NCBI GenBank assembly: GCA_964585095.1
Contig: CAZPCN010000006.1
Location: 13,160-77,159, forward strand
Reading direction: 5' to 3'
Length of the DNA stretch: 64,000 nucleotides
Source of the DNA: an uncultured Syntrophaceae bacterium
Lineage (GTDB): Bacteria > Desulfobacterota > Syntrophia > Syntrophales > UBA2192
Shown: positions 59,517 to 64,000 of the stretch, piece by piece
Layout of the letters: every line of letters begins with the position of its first letter
How positions within the stretch are numbered: position 1 is the stretch's first letter
Made by a program: the position numbers and the translations under genes
Notes under the pieces: model-generated
What the model was told of the DNA's origin: nothing
Database searches by the model: none
Seen by the model: the letters and a program-made list of their open reading frames with translations, nothing else

Positions 59517-60908
59517 GTGGAACTGACGCTTGCGCACTGGGTGTACGCGTTTTTCATCGTGGCCGTGCTCGCCACCATGGCCCTGCGGAAGGAGACGCCG
59601 ATCGTCTGCATCGTGGCCTCCCTCGTCCTGGCCTGGGTCGTCACGGGAAGCTTCGTCAAGGCCGTCCAGGCCGTCTTCAACTCCATCACCGTCGCCTTCA
59701 CGGAGCTGCTGGGCATCATCGCCATCATCTCCATTATCGTCGCCATGGCGAAAATGCTCGAGGAGACGGGGTTGGCGGAAGCGATGTTCCGGCCGGTGCA
59801 GAGGATGCTGGTCTCGCCGGAAGTGGCCTTCTGGGTCATGGGCGTCGTCATCATGCTCGTGGCCTGGGTCATCTGGCCCTCGCCGGCCATCGCGCTCGTC
59901 GGGGCGCTGCTGCTGCCGGCGGCCATCAAGGCAGGCCTCTCCCCCATCAACGCCGCCATGGCCATCAGCATGTTCGGGTACGGCTGCGCATTGACGACGG
60001 ACTTCATCATCCAGGGCGCCCCGGGGATCACCGCCAAAACGGCGGGCGTGAGCGTGGATGCGGTCATGTGGAAGAGCCTCCCCATGCTGCTCGTGTGGGC
60101 GGCCGTCGCCCTGCCGCTGTCCTTCCGTTCCGTGAGGCGGGACATCCGGGCCAATGCGGGAAAGCCCATCGAGTGGGCTCCCTTCGAGGCCTCCGCCGAA
60201 GCCCTGAAAGAGCGGGAGAAGTGGACCGCCGCCAACCCGGGATTCAGGAGGGTCGCCCTGCCCGTCATCGCCGTGCTCTTCGCGCTCGACATCGTGGGCA
60301 TGCTCGTCCTGAAGCTCCGGGGCGGGGACGCCACGGCGCTGCTGGGCGGAACCGTGGGGATCGTGATGGTTTTCGTCGCCCTCGGCGGGTACGGCAAAGA
60401 GGGCTTCGAGAAACTCACGGAGCACACCCGGGCGGGGTTCCAGTTCGGCATCAAGATTTTCGCCCCGGTGCTGCTCATCGCGGCCTTCTTCTTCATGGGC
60501 TCCCCCGACACGGCAAAGGCCATCTTCGGGCCCGGCGGCAAGGGGCTCCTCTTCGACCTGGGCCAGGCCCTGGCCTCGGCCGTTCCCCTGAGCGCCGTGC
60601 CGATCGCCGTCATCCAGGCGGTGGTCGGAGGGATCACGGGCCTGGACGGCTCGGGTTTCTCGGGGCTGCCGCTGGTGGGCACCCTCGCCCAGGCCCTGGG
60701 AGGTCCCACGAAGCTCGACGCGGCCACCCTCGGGGCGCTGGGCCAGTTCTTCGCCGTGGCCGTGGGGGGCGGGACGATTATCCCCTGGGCCCTCATCCCG
60801 GCGGCGGCCATCACCGGCACGGACCCCGTCGAGATCGCGAGGCGCAATCTCTGGCCCGCGATGGCCGGGTTTGTCGGCGTCATCATCGTGGCCATCTTCA
60901 TGCTTTGA
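59517..60908 (+). CDS. Polytopic permease of the ion-transporter superfamily (GntP/NhaC/CitMHS-like)
   Basis: The GTG start lies 2 nt after the preceding stop. About 12 TM segments in two halves, separated by a cytoplasmic loop of about 60 aa. The family assignment is tentative. Confidence 0.6.
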   Translation: MELTLAHWVYAFFIVAVLATMALRKETPIVCIVASLVLAWVVTGSFVKAVQAVFNSITVAFTELLGIIAIISIIVAMAKMLEETGLAEAMFRPVQRMLVSPEVAFWVMGVVIMLVAWVIWPSPAIALVGALLLPAAIKAGLSPINAAMAISMFGYGCALTTDFIIQGAPGITAKTAGVSVDAVMWKSLPMLLVWAAVALPLSFRSVRRDIRANAGKPIEWAPFEASAEALKEREKWTAANPGFRRVALPVIAVLFALDIVGMLVLKLRGGDATALLGGTVGIVMVFVALGGYGKEGFEKLTEHTRAGFQFGIKIFAPVLLIAAFFFMGSPDTAKAIFGPGGKGLLFDLGQALASAVPLSAVPIAVIQAVVGGITGLDGSGFSGLPLVGTLAQALGGPTKLDAATLGALGQFFAVAVGGGTIIPWALIPAAAITGTDPVEIARRNLWPAMAGFVGVIIVAIFML

Positions 60909-60983
60909 TCCCTGCCCGCCTGTCGGCCGCGATTGTCCGACGGCCGACAGGCGCGTAAGGCTGAAACAGAAAAGGAGGGGGAC

Positions 60984-61772
60984 ATGGAGTACAAGACGAT
61001 CCGGTTCGACGTCAACGCAGGGGTGGCAACGATCACGCTCAACCGCCCCGAGGCGGCCAACGGGCTCAACCTCGACTCGGGCAAGGACCTCATGATGGCA
61101 GCCATTCGCTGCGACGAGGACACCGCCATCCGGGCCGTGGTGCTCACCGCCGCGGGGAAGATGTTCAGCGCGGGAGGGGACCTCAAATTCTTCGCGTCCT
61201 ACGGTGCGGAGCTGCCGAAGGTCCTCAAGGAGATGACGGTGTATTGCCATGCCGCGGCCTCTCGCTTCATGCGGATGCGGGCGCCCCTGGTCACGGCCGT
61301 CAACGGCCCTGCCGCGGGCATGGGGATGAGCTTCGCCATCTCCGGAGACCTGATTTTAGCGGCCGAGTCTGCCAGCTTCACGGCGGCCTACACGGCGGCG
61401 GGCCTCTCACCCGACGGGGCGATGAGCTGGCTTCTGCCCAGGATGATCGGGCTCAACAGGGCTCGGGAGATGATGCTCACGAACCGCAGGGTGTCCTCCG
61501 ACGAAGCCCTGCAGTGGGGCCTTGTCAACCGGGTGGTGCCCGACGCGGAGCTGGCAGCCGAGGCGGCAAAGCTGGCGGGGATGCTGGCGGCGGGACCGAC
61601 GCTTTCCTTCGGCTCCGTGAAGCGGCTCCTCAACGAGGCGTTCACGACGACCCTGGAGACCCAGATGGAGCACGAGGCCCGGGGCATCGCAGACATGTCG
61701 AAGACGGCCGATGCCGCGGAGGGGGTGAAATCCTTCCTGGAGCGCAGGCGGCCGGCATTCACAGGGCGCTGA
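60984..61772 (+). CDS. Enoyl-CoA hydratase/isomerase (crotonase) family protein
   Basis: The ATG at 60984 follows AAGGAGGGGG. VATITLNRPEAANGL...FSAGGDLKFF...PLVTAVNGPAAGMGMSFAISGDLILAAESASF. Confidence 0.9.
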   Translation: MEYKTIRFDVNAGVATITLNRPEAANGLNLDSGKDLMMAAIRCDEDTAIRAVVLTAAGKMFSAGGDLKFFASYGAELPKVLKEMTVYCHAAASRFMRMRAPLVTAVNGPAAGMGMSFAISGDLILAAESASFTAAYTAAGLSPDGAMSWLLPRMIGLNRAREMMLTNRRVSSDEALQWGLVNRVVPDAELAAEAAKLAGMLAAGPTLSFGSVKRLLNEAFTTTLETQMEHEARGIADMSKTADAAEGVKSFLERRRPAFTGR

Positions 61773-61793
61773 GAGCAGACGGGATCGTTCAGG

Positions 61794-61826
61794 AGCGGCG
61801 GCCTCGACCGGGCCGCCGCTTTTTTC
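61794..61826. terminator. Bidirectional intrinsic terminator
   Basis: 10-bp stem AGCGGCGGCC / GGCCGCCGCT with a 7-nt loop, followed by TTTTTT. It lies between a convergent gene pair. Confidence 0.7.
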
Positions 61827-61827
61827 G

Positions 61828-62760
61828 TCACGCCGATTCCTTGGCTCGCCTTGCCTGCCAGCGGGACTTGAAGAAGAAGTAGCCCACGATGAAAAACGTC
61901 GCCAGGGGAGTCAGCCACTCGGGCACGTGGAGACCGAAGCCGTGGGCGAGCATCACGCAGCCCAGGACGAAGACGGAGTACATGGCGCCGTTCTTGAGGT
62001 AGACGTATTTCTTGATCCGATCGACGCCGTAGACGGTTAGCTGGCGCACGACGACGGCGCCGATGCCGTTTCCGAGAAGGATCAAGGGGACAGCCAGGGT
62101 GAATGCGAAGGCCCCCACGACACCGTCGATGGAGAAGGTCAGGTCGATGACCTCCAGGTAGAGGATCTTCCCGATGTCGGACATGTGGGCCTCGCCGGAG
62201 AGAATGCGCGCTTCCTGCTCCTCGGCGTAGCGCTTGAAGCCGTGGGTGATGAAGAATGCCGAGGAGCCCACGACGGCCCCGAAGGCGAGCATCGGGCTCT
62301 CCTCGAGGGCGAACCAGACGATGGCGGTCAGCGCGATCGAGACGACGGCGTAGAACCAGGCCCCCTGGCGGGCGATGATGACCTCGACGGGCAGTCCGAT
62401 CTTCTTGGGCTCCAGGAAAATCCAGTGGCAGAAGAGAAAAACGAAGAAGACCCCGCCGCCCATGAGCAGGACGGGGGCGCTCGCCTGGATGGCCTCGAGG
62501 GCCGCCGGATCGCCGGTGAGGCTCGCCGTAAATGCATCCCATGGCCCCAGCCCCGGCGTCATGACCCAGACGATGAGCCAGGGCAGCACCCCTCGCACGA
62601 CGAAGACGGCGATGAAGATGCCCCACGTGAGAAACCACCGGCGCGCCTTCGGCTGCATGCCCTGCAGGACCTCGGCGTTGATGATGGCGTTGTCGATGCT
62701 GGTGATCGACTCGAAGAGGGCCAGGCCCAGGACGATGAGGATGGCGGAGGTGATGTCCAT
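61828..62760 (-). CDS. DUF475/TerC-like integral membrane protein
   Basis: N-terminus ILIVLGLALFESITSIDNAIINAEVL and the repeat EVIDLTFSIDGVVGAFAFT are typical of the DUF475 (TerC-related) family. Confidence 0.75.
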   Translation of the reverse strand: MDITSAILIVLGLALFESITSIDNAIINAEVLQGMQPKARRWFLTWGIFIAVFVVRGVLPWLIVWVMTPGLGPWDAFTASLTGDPAALEAIQASAPVLLMGGGVFFVFLFCHWIFLEPKKIGLPVEVIIARQGAWFYAVVSIALTAIVWFALEESPMLAFGAVVGSSAFFITHGFKRYAEEQEARILSGEAHMSDIGKILYLEVIDLTFSIDGVVGAFAFTLAVPLILLGNGIGAVVVRQLTVYGVDRIKKYVYLKNGAMYSVFVLGCVMLAHGFGLHVPEWLTPLATFFIVGYFFFKSRWQARRAKESA

Positions 62761-62822
62761 ATCCGGTGTTTCCCCTGCGGGTCATGTGACTGCAGGTAGG
62801 ATAAGGGCCCTCGTCTCTGTCG

Positions 62823-63137
62823 TCAAGCCCAAAGGCCCCGGCCGGCCAGTTCCACCCGGCGGAGCACCTGCCGGAGGGCCCTCAGGACAGCGCCCGACGG
62901 GATGCCCGGCACCGCCGTGTTTCCGGCCACGAAGCAGACCGAATCCTCAAGGGCGCCGACGACAATCCGGCCGGGCCGGTCGCTCGAAAAGACGTCTCCC
63001 TCCCGCACCAGGTGATCCCCCGGGTTTCCCGTCTGGGTGATCCACAGGGCCCCTTCCCGGCAGCAGATGATGCTCACCGTTGCGCCCCCGTCCAGCCGGA
63101 TCCGGTCATTCCGGCGAAGCCTGTACTCCTGTGTCAT
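62823..63137 (-). CDS. DUF2917-like small protein
   Basis: The ATG at 63137 follows CAGGAGGG. Pattern ...LWITQTGNPGDHLVREGDVF. Divergent from a MocR-type regulator gene, which is a common pairing. Confidence 0.55.
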   Translation of the reverse strand: MTQEYRLRRNDRIRLDGGATVSIICCREGALWITQTGNPGDHLVREGDVFSSDRPGRIVVGALEDSVCFVAGNTAVPGIPSGAVLRALRQVLRRVELAGRGLWA

Positions 63138-63338
63138 GATGCCCTCCTGCGTAAACCGGCGGTTTCTACAGGAGCGATGATAGGGCCGTTTCAAAAAGAG
63201 TAACAGATTCAGAAACAACATTTGTTTGGCAAACAGCTGTGCTATCGATCAACTGTTATGGTATAAAAACAGGGCAACTGTGCCTTCCCGTGTTCTGCGG
63301 AAGCTTTTACGATGCGATCTGCAGGGAGACAGCAGGCT

Positions 63339-64000
63339 ATGAGAAACAGACCCCATGCACTGTACGAGGACGTGGCCGGCAAGATGGCCCACCTCATCGG
63401 GCACGGCACCTACCGGGCGGGGGATCGGATCCCGTCGGTCCGGGATTTCAGCCGTTCCATGAAAGTGAGCATCTCGACGGCCCTCGAGGCATACAGGCTC
63501 CTGGAGGTGAAGGGCCTCATCGAAGCCCGTCCCCAGTCGGGCTACTACGTCTCGCCGCCGCGGCTCAGCCCGGTGACGGAGCCGAGGCTCTCCAGGGCGG
63601 AGCTCAGACCGGCCGAGGCGAGCCTCAGCGAGATCGCGCAGGTCATCGTGCAGGATGCCTCGAACCCGTCCTTTTTCAACCTGGGAATGGCCACGCCGAG
63701 CGCGGAGGTGCTCCCCGCCAGAAAACTCAACCGGATGCTGGCCTCCGTGGTGCGGTCGAGGGAAACCGCGAGCGTCTCCTACCTTTTCTCCGACGGCTAC
63801 GAGCCGCTGCGCAAGCAGATTGCCCAGAGGGCGATCCTGGCCGGCTGCCCGCTGACGCCCGACGAGATCGTCGTCACCACGGGCTGCCACGAGGCCATCG
63901 CCATCACGCTTCGCGCCCTGTGCCGTCCCGGCGACGCCGTGGCCATCGAGTCGCCGTTCTTCTTCAACCACCTGCAGACCATGGCCGCCATGGGGCTGCG
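63339..64000 (+). CDS. MocR/GabR-type regulator (GntR HTH fused to a PLP aminotransferase-like domain), 3' end cut by window edge
   Basis: My own translation from the ATG at 63339: MRNRPHALYEDVAGKMAHLIGHGTYRAGDRIPSVRDFSRSMKVSISTALEAYRLLEVKGLIEARPQSGYYV (GntR wHTH), then the aminotransferase-like region ...YLFSDGYEPLRKQIAQRA...IVVTTGCHEAIAITLRALCRPGDAVAIESPFFF. The frame is still open at 64000. Confidence 0.8.
   Translation, partial: MRNRPHALYEDVAGKMAHLIGHGTYRAGDRIPSVRDFSRSMKVSISTALEAYRLLEVKGLIEARPQSGYYVSPPRLSPVTEPRLSRAELRPAEASLSEIAQVIVQDASNPSFFNLGMATPSAEVLPARKLNRMLASVVRSRETASVSYLFSDGYEPLRKQIAQRAILAGCPLTPDEIVVTTGCHEAIAITLRALCRPGDAVAIESPFFFNHLQTMAAMGL

Noticed and set aside
59315-61250. Minus-strand ORFs 59315..61186 (623 aa) and 59499..61250 (583 aa)
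   Set aside because: They lie antisense to the polytopic permease gene. Ala/Ser/Met/Pro-rich or Asp/Gly/Arg-rich translations without motifs.
1-64000. tRNA, rRNA, CRISPR arrays, IS elements and prophage genes
   Set aside because: The non-coding gaps are short (mostly under 500 bp). I could not recognise cloverleaf-type structures, repeat-spacer arrays, terminal inverted repeats or transposase/integrase ORFs in them. A tRNAscan or Infernal run would be needed to be certain.

Overview
High-GC bacterial chromosomal window that is almost entirely coding, with about 58 CDS. I found no rRNA, tRNA, CRISPR array, transposase or integrase. The gene content suggests an anaerobic Desulfobacterota (deltaproteobacterial-type) organism, but that is a guess. 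All domain calls come from reading motifs in the supplied translations; no searches were run.

Layout:
- 1-7.3 kb: Liv-type ABC transporter tail with its binding protein, an epimerase, a BKACE enzyme, a LysM protein, and a minus-strand operon encoding a methyltransferase, an orphan receiver and a lipoprotein serine protease.
- 8.1-13.2 kb (minus strand): a 1,711-aa membrane histidine kinase with about 8 PAS domains, a GAF domain and a HisKA_3 domain.
- 13.7-18.7 kb: transcribed divergently from the kinase, a 1,668-aa Sec-exported multicopper oxidase (MCO) fused to repeat modules, Ig-like domains and a 5-unit FG-GAP array.
- 19.0-20.4 kb: an FkpA-type PPIase and a lytic transglycosylase.
- 20.8-32.8 kb: a complete type II secretion system (T2SS) operon, gspE-F-H-I-J-K-L-M-C-G-D, followed by a TPR-like accessory gene.
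- 32.9-44.2 kb: a copper-handling block. It holds a FixH/YtkA-like protein, CusB fused to YHS, CusA, two NosL paralogues, a MacB/FtsX-type ABC transporter, a Cys-motif polytopic membrane protein and a PQQ sugar dehydrogenase.
- 44.5-46.8 kb (minus strand): gspB and gspA (exeAB).
- 47-64 kb: regulators (LuxR response regulator, MarR, MocR), a frameshifted OsmC gene, a USP, an RRM protein, a B12-radical SAM enzyme, and acyl-CoA-type metabolism genes.

The most interesting reading is that 13.2-46.8 kb forms one functional neighbourhood: giant MCO cargo, periplasmic folding and peptidoglycan-remodelling helpers, a dedicated T2SS, and periplasmic copper supply and efflux. The NosL/MacB-type/Cys-membrane module inside it has no N2O-reductase context. 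It is the best candidate for an undescribed copper-trafficking system.
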